A stretch of DNA of 63,825 nucleotides, counting the filler, from Perkinsus olseni (taxonomy: Eukaryota): the NCBI GenBank assembly GCA_013115125.1. It is 5 parts of 5 records of this genome, joined end to end, with 100 filler letters (N's around TTAATTAATTAA, not from the genome) between each part and the next. Parts side by side here need not be neighbours in the genome. Positions count along the whole stretch, not along the records: positions 12,856 to 25,549 come from JABANN010000783.1; positions 25,650 to 38,327 come from JABANN010000784.1; 3 more parts are not named here. One strand, written 5' to 3'. Position numbers and translations under genes: made by a program. Positions within the stretch are counted from its first letter, which is position 1. Each line of letters starts with the position of its first letter. Positions 17,429-30,771 of this stretch are shown here, piece after piece. A model generated the notes under the pieces. That model worked only from the letters and a program-made list of their open reading frames with translations. It ran no database searches and was not told the origin of the DNA.

Positions 17429-19054
17429 ATGATTGGCTATTCATGCGCTGTCCTTCTCATCCACCTACTTTTGCGTGCGGCTTCCCATCGGAGATGCAGC
17501 CAGACGCCCGCGAGGCTCCTTGAAGAATTCGGCGATGGTGGCTTTTGGGAGTATGTCGGACGATGGTCGACCTTCCATGTGGACACTGCCGTGGCTCTCA
17601 ACAATATGCGGGAATTCAGAAGTTGGTACTCTGCTGTTTCGGGAGGGGAGGAGGCTGATTGCAAAACGGGTAGTGGGGTCCTGGCCTTGCTCAGCGCAAT
17701 AGCTGCTGATTACGATTCTGGAAAAAAGAGCGCTCGAACGTTGTTTGAGAAGGGACGGATGTTGGTAGAGGAGGGACGGTCGGAGGGCTCCGCTGTGGAG
17801 TGGGATTGGGGCGGCATTGATAGGCAGCTAGAGGTCATGGGAAGCCTATTGGACTTACCTCTTGAGGATGAAAATGGCAGGGAGTTGAGGCGGAGCGAGG
17901 CAGCGGGGAAATGCTTTGGCACCAACCTCCGTATTTTTATATATGAATATCATTCTAGCCTGCCCGAGTTCGACACAGGTCGGCGTGCGCCGTTCGATAA
18001 GGCTGATCCGGAGTATCTTCCGCTGTTCAGGGATGGGCCGCCGTTGACCTGTGCCTTCGGGATGTACGCCAGCGAAGTGTACTTCCCGCGGCTCTTGAGG
18101 ATGCACCCGGGTTGTCTCACCGACGACCCGGAACGCGCGGATATCTTTCTATTGCCGAGCTACTTCAAGTGTTTGGATATGCTGGACTGGTTGGATGATT
18201 TTAGGTTGCCGAATAGCAATGAATCGGTCGCCGGAATGCTGTTGGAGGAGGTCATGAATCTTGCGCACAGCGAAGGTTTTCTGGACCGACGAGGAGGTGT
18301 GGATCACGTGATGCTGTGGAGTTGGGGGAAGTATCCATGCGCTGTTCAGAAGGAGAGCTCGGAGTGGCAAAGATACGCCGGAAGCATCCAAAATTTACAA
18401 GTTGAGGGGGTCTGTGGGGGCGGAGCGAAACGAAATTTCCCAACCGGTTTCTCACCGTGGAAGGATATCATAATCCCGGGCTACGTCGACCTGTGGCGCA
18501 TTGAGGAATTGCGAAAATTTGACCGCCCTTTAGCGGAGCGAAGCATTTTCTTGTCATTTCATGGCCGTCACGGTGGAATGGACGAGACCTATCTGAACGT
18601 GAGTATCCGTACTAGATTGATAGAAGAGCTTTCGGGCAAGGTGGATGTGAGTATTGGCGGTTTCGTCGAGGAGTATCACGAAGTGGTTGGAAACTCGATC
18701 TACTGTGTAGCACCTCGTGGGGTCACGCCCTGGACGATACACTTTTACGTGGCAATTTTCGCAGGCTGCATACCCGTGCTGATTAGTGATGACTTCCAGC
18801 TGCCCTTCCCGAGTGAGATTGACTACTCTCGGTTTATCATTCGATGGCGAGAGGAGGAGTCTTTAGAGGGCCTCTATGACTATTTGAAGACGATTTCGGC
18901 AAAAGATGGTATGAAGATGCGGGCGTTCATGGAGTCTGTTGAATGTTGGTTGAACTACTGGAGCGAAGTACCGGGCTGTTCACCCGTTGTCGGAGTGTTG
19001 AGGGGGCTGCGGAGGAATGTGGACCACATGGCACGTCGGATGCATGGCCTCTGA
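17429..19054 (+). CDS. Exostosin-family (GT47) glycosyltransferase, single exon
   Basis: N-terminal signal/anchor, then LRIFIYEY, GMYASEVYF, TDDPERADIFLLP, GGVDHVML, FSPWKDIIIP, FHGR, YCVAPRG and AGCIPVLISDDFQLPF. Confidence 0.85.
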   Translation: MIGYSCAVLLIHLLLRAASHRRCSQTPARLLEEFGDGGFWEYVGRWSTFHVDTAVALNNMREFRSWYSAVSGGEEADCKTGSGVLALLSAIAADYDSGKKSARTLFEKGRMLVEEGRSEGSAVEWDWGGIDRQLEVMGSLLDLPLEDENGRELRRSEAAGKCFGTNLRIFIYEYHSSLPEFDTGRRAPFDKADPEYLPLFRDGPPLTCAFGMYASEVYFPRLLRMHPGCLTDDPERADIFLLPSYFKCLDMLDWLDDFRLPNSNESVAGMLLEEVMNLAHSEGFLDRRGGVDHVMLWSWGKYPCAVQKESSEWQRYAGSIQNLQVEGVCGGGAKRNFPTGFSPWKDIIIPGYVDLWRIEELRKFDRPLAERSIFLSFHGRHGGMDETYLNVSIRTRLIEELSGKVDVSIGGFVEEYHEVVGNSIYCVAPRGVTPWTIHFYVAIFAGCIPVLISDDFQLPFPSEIDYSRFIIRWREEESLEGLYDYLKTISAKDGMKMRAFMESVECWLNYWSEVPGCSPVVGVLRGLRRNVDHMARRMHGL

Positions 19055-19206
19055 TGTTCTTCATCTGGGTTTCATGTAGGATGCCATTTTCTCATCTTCT
19101 TGCGTTATAAGGCGGCTGGGTGGTGGTCCGTACGTTGAGTGATGGGTCTTTTGAGTTTGGAAATTTCTGCTCCTGAATCGCCAGGTGGCAGTAGTGGTAA
19201 CCATCA

Positions 19207-20021
19207 TGAGCTTCCCTGAGCCTTCCGTGGGCCTGGCTCTACCTATCACGGTCAGTGTACGGTACGCAGATGCAGCAGGTGACGGCCAACGGGCTTATCA
19301 CACAACTGCCCCGCTTCGCTAGTCGATTGCCCTTCGCGATGCAGTCACTTCTATGCCCTCTCAGGATGTATTATTAGTAGTTGCTATGGATCGTCAGCTT
19401 GCTGTCCTTCCTCCTCCTCCTCCCCAATCCGATGGAACAGTGGAGAGCCATGCGCAGTGTAGTATGGGGGCGCCGACTCCTCCAGGCCCTGGTGGGCGAT
19501 CTTTTCTTCGGTTGTCGTTCACAGTCTCATGAAGAGCATGATGCTCGACCAACTGGGAAGTTTTTGCGGAATCAAATATCTTGGAATTTGAGCGTATTTG
19601 TTTCTTGAATGTAGTTGGTGATCTTCGATAAGCCTTACGGCGCGCTCTCAAGGTCGTTACGGTGGAGAAGCTGGTTGAATCTCCGTTAACATTTTCGTTC
19701 GAATGGTGGTTAATTTTGCAATCACGGCTCCGAAAAATACCAAGAGCATTGCCAAGCACCTCTGAACGATGCACGCCCAAGGTGATGACGAACCTGACAA
19801 ATCGTGTGTTTCTTCGAGGATGGCTCCTACGCAGCAATGCCGCGCCTAAGTACTGCCTTTGGCACGTTAGACGAGTGCGGTCAGAGTCGACGAAGAAGCT
19901 GACTTTGCGCTCGTAGGTCAACGACAACCGCCCAAGGTGTATAGCGTTCAGGAGATTGACATTGAGCTCAAGGCGTTAAAGATTGAGAACCAGATAATTC
20001 AGAGTATGATCAGCAGGTGAG
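19207..20021 (+). CDS. Hypothetical multi-exon protein
   Basis: Spliceable GT-AG-bounded open segments ending EIDIELKALKIENQIIQSMISR*. No recognised domain. Confidence 0.3.
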
Positions 20022-20575
20022 AAGGGGCCGGTGCTACCTTAGCGGAGCGAAGCGGGAGAATGATATGTGTACCACTGGGCACGGCAAAAAATATGAAAAT
20101 TTGAAATGTGCTGTCGAGAGTAGTCGGGACCTAACAAGAAGGACCGGGATCTTGGCATTAGAGTCCCAAGCATACTTGTCGTCATCATCCTGAACTCTCG
20201 GAAGAGAGCTTATCCAATCGGTGGCGCGTATTCATAGCAGTGGCATGGTGACATAGCCCGCTTGTATCATGCGCTGAATCGTAGAATGGACCTCCCCGCA
20301 TTTGTAGCTTCGGTCGACCTTGGATTCTCCATCCGCTTGCGTGGACCCCTCGGTGGTTCAGGTTGGAGCTCGAGCGGGCCAGAGCTCTCGGCAGCAGCTG
20401 CAGTGGCAACAGCAGTAGGAGTCGAAGGCAGACCTCAGCCCGCCCCTAGTATAAAGATCTTTTCTCATACTGTAACCGTACCCGATGATGTTGTCGTTAT
20501 TGGGGAGTGCAGGCGGCGGGGGTCGCCGCAGCGCGGTATTGTGATGGTCTCCGTAGGGATTGTCTTGGGCCGAGG

Positions 20576-23500
20576 ATGGGGAAGAAGACAGAAGAGGTGA
20601 TAGAGTTGGGCGGACCGTCCAGCCCTCGCGTCTCCGAGGGCTCGATAGCAAAGCGGAAGGAATCTGCCGGCAGCAGCAGCGTCATTGATGGGGAGCATCG
20701 GCATCACCACCATCACCATCATAAAGACAAAAAGGAGAAGAAAGAGAAAAAGAAGAGGAAGAAGGAAAAAAAGGAGAAGAAAGCACAACAGTTGGCAGCC
20801 GCAGGTGACTCGCGTCGTCGTCGCTCCTGTAGGGGAGTATGTGCCTGCTAGGTGCCATGGGCGATACTGCCGCTCAGTCAGTGTACTCCATGCGGAGCAA
20901 TCGGATACGGTTGAAGGGAACGGGGAGTGGCGATGTGTTGATGGAGGAGGCGAAGGCCGACTTTGCAGGCTCCCCGACGTCGAGTCTCTCCTCTAACGTA
21001 GTCCCCGGGCTGAGTAGCGAAGGGGGGTATGTACTATCCCTCAGGCCATCCCGCCGGGGGTAAAGCTGACGGCGTCGGCTCTGCAGCAGCAGGCGGCTGG
21101 ACAGATGCCCTCGAGTAATCCTGTTTGCCTGCTAGTTCTTCGATTGTGATGGCGTAGGTGGGCGATCAGCATTGCGGATATACTCGGGGAAGACCGGCGG
21201 GAGTGGAGAGGTGATGAGCCGACCGATTCCTGTCATTGGGGAGACTCAAGTAAGGGTGGGCCAGTGGGGTCCCTAGGTTCGATATAGAGGTCGGGGGTCC
21301 ATTGTGCAAGAAGGGTAGTTTTCCTTGGTCGTACTCTCTTGCCGGCTGGAGGTGTACTTGGTGGTAGTACGATGTCGTCTCTCAGGATACCGCCACAACC
21401 CAGCTGATGGACCTATCGGGGAGGATGAAGCTGAAGCCCGACCATAAGGACCGTCCACTCTGGGTGAGTCTAGTCTCTGCCCTGTCTTAGTTACTCCGTA
21501 TCACATCCACGGCACTTCGGTTGTCGCTTAGGTATGCCCGGACGGTCGTATCATCTTCGAGGCCGGGCTTCACCCTGATCTCTTCGGCCCGGTCACCGAC
21601 TTCCTCGTTGCCATCGCCGAGCCGATCTCAAGGCCTTCTTGGGTGAGTCGGACCATGCTGCCGTCGTTCGTGGGACCGCTCTCCCCAGGTGCACCACTTC
21701 CAAATCACTGTCTTCTCACTGTGAGTTGGGCCGGTTGCTGCGGCTGGAGAATCTTCGCTGTGCGCAATAGATACGCCGCCATATCTTTGGGCATGTCTGT
21801 GGAGGAGGTCATCTCCGACCTTGATCGGTTTTCTAAGAATCACATCGATCCAGTGCTCCGGGACTACATCCAGCAGAGCGGCTCTCGAATAGGGAAAGTC
21901 CGGCTGGTCCTCAGAAGAAACAGGTGGTGACACTAACAGTGAGGGGGCCGCTGTCGGAAGGGCCTGTCAGGTACTTTGTTGAGTCCAGCGATCTGTCCTT
22001 GCTGCGGATGATTGAGGACAACAGCAAGATACGGAAGTGCAAACTGGGACAGATCATTTCAAGTAGGTCCAGCAGGCAGGACCTACTATATTTATCGCGA
22101 ATGTTACGGTACTACTTATAGTATACTTGATACCATATATGTATGATTTTCATTTATTTCATTTCATGGAAGAAACGCGGACCCCTTCGGGAACTTCACT
22201 CGTAGCCGGCGTGGGCGTCGATAGATGATTGTGCGGTGAAGCATCACCCACACCGCTTCCATGGGGATGGCAATCTTGTGTTTAGCCACGACGGCAGAGG
22301 TCAACCCCGGGGCCGCCAACTCTACTGGGGAGAAGGCGGATCCGCAGGTCGTCCACATGTTCGAGATCAACTCGGCTGACGTTGAAACAGTGAAGGCTAC
22401 TGCGTAGGTTGAGCGGAGCGAAGCGATCCCTATTGTTGTATTTTCGGCAGATATCGTGAGATCCGGATACCCTTACTGGAGGAATACGACTTCCGTGACG
22501 ACGATGACTCCAACTACATCAACATGCAGTTCAGGTGGGGTGGGGTAGCCAGGATCGCGTTTCGATCGACCAGCGCTAATCTGAAGAGACCGCGCTGGCG
22601 ATAAGGGGACAACCGTCGCCCCCACTCGCTCGAAAGCGGAGGGTCTGTACACGCCTTGACCATGAGCAGTTCATGCGGCAGGGAGATGGAGTTGTCGTAG
22701 ATGTGTGGTCGCTGTAGGCCCACTACCGTCGTCCGACCGTATCAGGAAAGGTCCCTCCACAAGATGTTCAGCGGCAGTCGCGCTCGGAGCGGTAGGAGAG
22801 GAGGAGCTGGATGAATTCTGTATGGTGACGATGGTTTTTTCATAGGTATGATCGTGTTACCCTGTGGTGCTGGCAAGACGTTGGTGGGGATCACTGCGGC
22901 GGCTACCATGAAGAAAAGGACTATGGTGGGCTGGGCGTGTGAAGAGACCGAAACACGCTTATTGTTCGACTCAGGTCCTGACGACAACGGCGGTGGCGGT
23001 AGATCAATGGAAGCGGCAGTTTGAGCTCTTCTGTTCGATATCACCTGAAGATGTTATCACACTCACAGCTGAGAACAAGCAGCCAATACCTGAGGATCGT
23101 CCATGCATCCTCATCAGCACGTAGGCCGTGAGGGAAGGGAATCGTGGTTCACAATTTGGCGCCGCCTTGAGTGGCATAGTCGATATCAGCACAATTCTCG
23201 CTTCCTTTACAGTCTGACCCCTGGGCCTCGGATTGGCATGCGAGTCGAAGCTTTCGGCGCTCCTCTGGAGCCTCATTACCGCAACCCTTATGCAGGTACA
23301 GTATGTTCTCAGTGTCGTATGAGAGGATGTCCCGGGCGTCCAAGGCTGTGTTTGAGTCCGTCACTAAGCTGGAGTGGGGCCTGCTAGTGGCTGATGAGGT
23401 AACGACACTCGCTCGGCCTTCCTCCGTGATGGTCGCGATGCAGGTTCAAGTTATGCCAGCTAAGACCTTCCGTTCAGTGGCAACTACGGTCCGCGCTCAC

Positions 23501-24883
23501 TGCAAACTGGGTAGGACAGTCTCAACTTCTGATAGAATTATGGCAAAATAGATCTCGACTGCATCCGTCAGGCCTCACTGCGACTCTGGTGCGAGAGGAT
23601 GAGCTCGTCGAGGATCTGCAATTTCTCATCGGGCCCAAACTGTACGAGGCGAACTGGCAGGAACTTGTTAATGCTGGATACTTGGCCAGAGTATGCCCAC
23701 CCGTGGCTGTGGGTCTTCTTTCTATCCCTACCTTTCATCAGGTCCAGTGTATCGAGGTGTGGAGCGAGATGCCGCCTCTCTTCTGGAAGGCCTACCTGGA
23801 GACCAGCAGCTACCACGTGAAAAGAGCCCTGTAGGCGTTTTGGTTGGAGCCGCGGGTTGGAGCGAATCTTAGGTACACGTCGAATACTAACAAGTTGACC
23901 GCCTGCGAGTACCTAGTCGCCTTGCATGAGTCTCGAGGGGACAAGATAATCGTCTTCTGCGATAATGTGGTCTTGCTGAAGGAGATGGCGCAGCGGACCA
24001 AGAAGGCTTTTATTTGCGGCAGTGTCAGCATGGCCGAGAGAATGGCGTGTATCCGGTGCTTCCAGCACAGCGATAAGATCAACTGTATCTACCTCTCCCA
24101 GGTTGGTGACCGGCGTCACGTCCGAGTGCCTGAGTTGCCGCAGTTGTTGTGCACAGGTCGGCGATAACGCTATCGATATCCCCAATGCTAATGTGGTGAT
24201 ACAAATTAGCTCACATTACGGCAGTCGACGGCAGGAGGCTCAGAGGCTTGGAAGAATCCTTCGACCCAAGGCCTACCGAGACGATGCTGGCTTCAACGCG
24301 TACGTGAGTGTGGTCTTTGTTCATCCGGAGAGCAGTGGGAGTAGCGGAAGTGGAGAAGTGGTTTTGTTAGGTACTTTTATTCTCTTGTCTCGAAGGACAC
24401 GCCAGAGAAGGAATATGCATTGAAGCGGCAGAAGTACTTGGTCGATCAGGGATACAGTTTCAAAGTAACCACCCCTTGCTGTTGATGGGGCTCTGCTGCG
24501 GGCGAAGACGTGTTGGTCTGCCTCGGAGTGGTCATGCCGATCCGCAGGTCATAGCCGACTTCGATGAGTCGGTACGGAAGTCTGGCCTGAAGTTCGCCTA
24601 CGGAGGTGTCGAAGCGGAGCAGCACGTTCTCGAGATGGCCCTCACAGCTGGTGGAAGTGGCGGCGAGTCGGCCAGAGAGGAAGAACAGAATCTCAGCATT
24701 TGCGACTCGAAATTCACCGTGAGTCTATGCCTTTCGGTCTCGACCCTCTCCAACATCCCTAGACGTTTTCAGGTGACGGCCGAAGACGAGAAGCGGTACT
24801 TGGATCGGTACACGTCGTTGGCAGATCTATCAGGTGGCGGAGCTAGCGGCGGCTACTACCAGCCGAGTGGCGCCTTGCCTTGA
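20576..24883 (+). CDS. XPB: TFIIH helicase/translocase XPB (ERCC3/Rad25); multi-exon, with a His/Lys-rich N-terminal exon tentatively included
   Basis: [107 protein letters not shown]. Confidence 0.92.
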
Positions 24884-25549
24884 GGTTGAACCTCGATTAT
24901 TGCAGAATATTTGATTCCCACGTTACCATCACTGTCTTAATAGTTTCTAAGTCGGCCCTCGAGGATTGTCTTCTCTTTCCTGTGCGGTTGAAACTGTCAT
25001 GTCTGCACGTCGGTGGTTGGGATCGTTTCTGCTTATTCGTCGACTCTATGCTGTTGGGTGAGGCAATTTGTTTCATATTTATTAATGATGAGCCGTCGTA
25101 CTCCGGTCGTTAAGGCCTCGCCATCGTCAGTGTCCGCCAGCGGCTCTGGGAAGGTATAGTATGGAAGTCTGTGGTTAGGGGCCGAATGGTTTGCGTGGTT
25201 AGGATAAGGAGGGCAGCGACGACCCACAGGATGTTGGTTACGGCAGTCTGCTAGGCGACGGTCGAAGGTGGAGGAAGAACTACCTCAGTACGTCCGCTTG
25301 ATATGCCTCTCGTCATCCCAACTACTGTCGCTTGTCCTTCAGCACAGTCGGAAGTATCGACCACAGCTGCGAGTCTACCGGCAGCCGCAGCAGACGAGAA
25401 GCCTGGTTACACGGGGTCGCGGCGTCACAGCTCGAAGGTCGGAGACGCATGCCGCCCCCCGGTCTCTCAAGGCTTTTGTGGTGATCCACTGTGTTTATTT
25501 CCTTAATTGTGCGCGGATGTGTCCCTTAATTGATATCTTTCATAGATCG

Positions 25550-25648
25550 NNNNNNNNNNNNNNNNNNNNNNNNNNNNNNNNNNNNNNNNNNNNTTAATTA
25601 ATTAANNNNNNNNNNNNNNNNNNNNNNNNNNNNNNNNNNNNNNNNNNN
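25550..25648. other. Assembly gap with artificial linker
   Basis: TTAATTAATTAA at 25594-25605 within an N-run. Confidence 0.95.
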
Positions 25649-28153
25649 NCCCCTTCCCGTAACATATTAATAGCCAAGGCACTGTCAGGCTTAACCTCAT
25701 TCTTGAACAGTAACAGACCAACCAATCGCAAGTCCTTCTCTAACACCTCGCGAGGCATCGCCACCATCTCTTCCACTGCCACCCTCGGTGGCAGCCGCCT
25801 ACAAGATAACGCCAGCACGTAGAAATTCTGCCCAGCCAAGTCCGCGCAGATCTTTGCATAATCATGAGGGAGGGTATCACTACGGCAGGTGTCCCGGATA
25901 CTTTCCGGCGAGCCCTTGACGTACACGGCGAGTTGACCGTCCAGAGCGGACCTTATCACACATCCGCTAGTCATAGTCTCTCTGTCGAAGTGCATCCGTC
26001 GTATAATACTCAGCTTGCGAGCACCGTCGGGTGAACTGACGACGGGCCCTTCATCAGAGTCCGAGAGTTTCCAACCAGAGGCGTTCAACATGGCAAGCTC
26101 TACCTGATCCCCACTCAATGTCCCATCCGCCAACCTGACCACACTGTGACAGCAGGCCAGTCCTAGTCTGAGGTCCCCAGCGACGACGCCCATGCTGCCA
26201 CCATCGCCGTATGGTTGTGGCTCGGCTAGAGTAGAGGGAGTAGAGGGCTGAGCAAGTTGGACCTGTTTCTCGAAGCAACACTCACGCGCAGGGAGGACTG
26301 CTGAGAGTTCCATACCATCCTTCGTGATGGTACCGGTCTTATCAAACACCATAACGGATATTTTACCGGCTACCGGTATCCTCTCCGGTTGAAGGCAGAA
26401 TATTTTATGATGATTACGTAGACGTTTGGCAGCCACTGTTTGGCCCATTACCATTGCTACTGGTAACATGGGGTTCAATGTCTCCTTAACCACAATCAAT
26501 ACTTGCAGTATGGTGACCACCCAGCTCCCTATGTGAGTGAAGACAAAGAAAGCCACCGAAAGCAGCAGGGCGTCTACGAACAGTCCCAGGTAGACGAGAG
26601 GGAGCTGGTCGTGGTACTTGAACCTAAGGAGAGCACCGCTGAATTCGAGTGCCGGGGCGGCGAGTCGCCTACCGGACTGGTTCAGGAAACATGACAAGAC
26701 GGATCATCTGTCCCTTGGTGGTGAGGCCTCCGATAGCGGATACCACCATCACAGCACGCTCGTCGCTTGACCCACTCGACTGGACGCATCTAGTACCTTG
26801 CACACGAAACGGCATCGCTCAACTAGGATGCGCCCCACGGAGACCTGTGCGAGCGGGAAACTTACCAGCGTAAACAGCATTCCGTCGATCGAAGTCCTCA
26901 CAACCCTCCTCCACGGCCACTTTGTGAACCGGCATGGGCTCGCCAGTGAGGGCTGACTCGTCCAATACAGCCGTTCCGTCGAGTAGGAAGCCGTCACAGA
27001 GCAGCTCCTGTTGCTCATCTACCCGTAACAAGTCACCCATCACGACGTCGGTCGATCTGGTCGTAGTCCACTCCCCGTCGCGCAACGCCACAACATCAGT
27101 ATCGTGCTGAGCAAGCTCATGGAGCTTCTTCTTCTGAGGCCTTACGACCGTTAAGGCTTTCACCGACCCTGTTACCAGCATGACGACCAACAGTAAGGCG
27201 CCCACATTCCACAGGTAGTAGCCCAGATCGACCCAACAGCCCATGCTCTGGATCACGTAGAAGACCGAGCTGAACTCAGCCACCAGCGATTGAAACACAG
27301 TCGGCAGCTGTACTGTAATCTCATTGCGGCCGATGAGCCTCTGCAACCGGACGTACTCGTCCTGAGCTAATCCACCATGAAGCAGCCGTCGCCGAGCTAT
27401 GCTTGGAGTGATCTCGATCCCTCCGGCAGCCGGTACGAAGCTGTCCTCCACAGCAGCGTAGCGGTAACGGACACACGTGTATGCAACGCTCTTTGCTCCA
27501 TCTGTCTCGTCGTCCCGGACTCGCAACAGAGTGCGGCATCTTGTTCTACGGTAACCAGCAACCAGACGATTAAACGCCGTTAGAAAACGACTGAGGAGAC
27601 TCGGGGCTGCCTCGTCACCGGTGTCACTCGGACCAGCCAGACCACTCTCATCGAGAGCAACAGGAACAGCCTCCTCGATAAGCAGATGGGAGGCTTCTGC
27701 TGGGCTACATGGGAGCATCAAAGCAACCACCAAGGTGCCATACAACTCAATCAATAGGATAGCCATCACGTGAAAAATTGCAAAGGAGATGATAAAGGCC
27801 CCTGCAATACCATCCCAATCGGTACCAAAAGCCTGGGCCACCTCGGGGAAGTAAGTGCAAACAGCGAATGAGGCCATGACTATAAAAGCTACGACCATGA
27901 CCACCACCCAGGCTGCTGTTAGTACCCTTCCGAAGAGACACTGCCGGAAGCACCTCTGAATGAGGGTTTTAGAACAGCCCTCTGCTGCATGGAAGGCGAC
28001 TCCTCGTGGACCGTAGAGGCGGGGACGCTTGCCTTGTGATTGCCGAGCGATGGTGACAATACGGCGACGGTAGACGATGAATGCGCATGTCGATAGGCCG
28101 ATAAGACCGAGGGTTAATATCCAGGCGAACAGAACCCAGGCAATGAAGGTCAT
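25649..28153 (-). CDS. P5-type ATPase (ATP13A-like), copy 1; 5' half, truncated at the gap
   Basis: DESALTGEPMPVHK (actuator domain), TTKGQMIR, NPMLP (TM4), FDKTGTIT (phosphorylation site), VKGSPE, LLLFKNEVKPDS. Confidence 0.88.
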
Positions 28154-28854
28154 GGGAGCCTTTGGGGTTGAATATGAAAACTAAAAACTGAAGGACAAGC
28201 TCCCATACCGTGGTGCAGTCACGACGCGGCCGCAGCGAACGCCCAGAGCGGCTCCCGTAGTGTAGCGTACTGCACTAACACAACATTAGTGAGGAGGATG
28301 AAGGACCCTCGACAGAGCAGAGGACTGTATGCAGGACCATGATAAAAAACGGCCGAACGATCATGGTCGTGATTCTCAGGGAACCTCATTCCAGAAAGTT
28401 ATGGAAAGCATCGTGAGCTACAGTACCAACATCACCGACAGGAGGCCTGTCCCCATCACCATACTGTCTTATTGTAGTCGAGAGTCAGTCAAACTAAAGT
28501 ATGTTTCCACCCAAATCGCCGGGCACGAGGCGTATCTTTTAGCGCGCGTTCCTAAGGACACCTTGGAAACATGACCGTGGCGTGGTTCTCACTGTGAACT
28601 GTATGTACATGAGCACTGAGGATCCCTCTCCGTCGTGTATTACCTCTCCTGCGAACATGCAGGTAACCATAAAGCGTTGTAGGTAGTTGAACACCTAGTG
28701 CTGATGGTCAAGACAAGCCCTGCAGGCTGGCTTCCTTACACACTACATGTACTATAATCAACAACAATGACTCAGATCTCGACGTCATTACGATTACGGC
28801 TGGAGTTTATCGAGTGAATACTGTTGGATAGTACCCCTCCTTCGAGTGAGGCCC

Positions 28855-30456
28855 CTACCATAAATCGGTCAACTCACTTCGACAATGGTCCCACCCGTCT
28901 CCTTGTGTGTCTGTCTCTTCTCGGCAAGTCCTTACAATTTCTGCCGCCGACACATCCCACCAGCCGAGGAGGACGCCCTCACGATTGATTTCTATCTTGC
29001 ACGCAGCACAGGCCGACGACAGATAGGGTACTACAACTACGGATCCTCGAACATGAACAGAGTAGCACCAGCTGCAGCTGCAGCTCGACTTGAATGCTCG
29101 AGCAGCACACATGGACATCACAGAAATGAGGACGATCACTTCGAACTTCACGTTAAAACCGGGGCGTCGTCCCGTAGGTTCGGGCTAGCTCCTTTGCCCT
29201 ATTCTCCCTCACAGTCATAAAGATTCTGAACCACTCCAAACCCTCAGACTCTCCAAACTCCCTACCTAAAGCCGAGCAGTTCGCATTAGGCTCTGCAATC
29301 TTCCTAGCAACCGCCTCGCAGTGCGCGTCAGTGGGATTAGCTGGCAGCCTTTCCGCCGGTGGAGCGAAAGGGATTATGTCGCCTAGCAATGCTGTGACGT
29401 TGGCGATGGGCCCTGTGGCGTCGATATACGGCACCTCGCACAAACGCCCGAACTCCACTCGCATATTTCCATCGTCGTAAAACCTGGGTCGAAGGAACAA
29501 CATGAGCGCGACAGATGAAGACACCATTCATGCGTTACCAAAGTCTGTTGTAGAAGCCCCCCCCGGACTTGCGAAGCTGGCTCCAATGTAGTAGCCGGGG
29601 GGATGGTTTGGTATGTCTTGAGAGACCTCCACCCATATATCTCGGTATATGATGATGCACTTTGGGTAAGTAGCACGCTGGCTCTTGTAGCCCTCAACTG
29701 GGTGAGTCACCTGCGAAGGGTGCGGTCGAGGATACATGTCGATACGGCATGGTACAGACCCTTCTCCTGGGATTAGCAGTGGCGCGGAGAGTGGCCACAG
29801 GGGGCAGAAGCGCCATGAAGCGTACGAGGTGGGGAACAACAGTCGCCATTGCACTGAAGGAGCAAATGAGCACTCCCGCTCCTCAACTGAAGACCATGGA
29901 CACCACATAGCCTGAACGATATACTGCACTACTCATGTCATTGATAGCATCAATGAATCACAGCTGTATCCCGCAAGACGCAGTTGCCGCGGCAGTCTTG
30001 GAGAAGGTAATAGCAGCCGCCGAGTTTGCAAGCAAGCCAACGCCCACCGCTACTCCCTTGAGTTGCCCACGAAGCTTGACCGCCGCCTGGCCCAGCCGGC
30101 GGAAGCGAAAATCGAGGCCAACTTGTGGTACTGGAGGTCACTACGACCTCATTCAACAGGGCCAACATCTGGGCGGATGCAACGATCGGTCCACCGGCAA
30201 TACCCATCAAGACGAGGTGGAAATGCTCATCCATACAGAGACGCACAAATTTCATCGGAAGCACTCGCCCGCCTGCTGCACCTACACCACAGAGGAGACA
30301 GAGTTTCCACCACCAACCCTCGGGAAGGCGTTGGCACTGGGGCGAGGTCAGACACGAGGGCTCTAGATATCCTTGGTCCTGACACGGCGAGTCCCTGTCA
30401 CCGCTGTAGAGGGCGCAGCTCCATGCTTGTTCCCTGCATAAATGAGGCACCACCAT
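28855..30456 (-). CDS. Hypothetical Cys-rich protein(s) between ATPase copies 2 and 1
   Basis: Run of consecutive minus-strand ORFs (29950-30456, 29528-29929, 29153-29527, 28855-29151) with protein-like composition. No recognised domain. Confidence 0.35.
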
Positions 30457-30771
30457 CGCATCGAACCCTGGGCGCGGCCGTCAACGATCCACACCGAGAT
30501 ATTGCCGCAACTTAGTAAAAAACGCGCATGTTTTTGATAGCTGAGAAATGTAGCAGTGGCAGGCTCTAACACGAGAAAACGTCAGAAGTGATAGGAGGAG
30601 GTGTCAGAGGTAAAAAAACTTAGTACATAATACAGCCAAGCTTGGTGAGACAGGTTCAAATTAAGTACGTCACAGCCAATAAAAACACGTGAAAATCCTC
30701 TTTACAGCGACTTTGGTAAATTAAAATTATACAAGCTGATTCATCCGATGAGAGAATACAGAACCGAGCGC

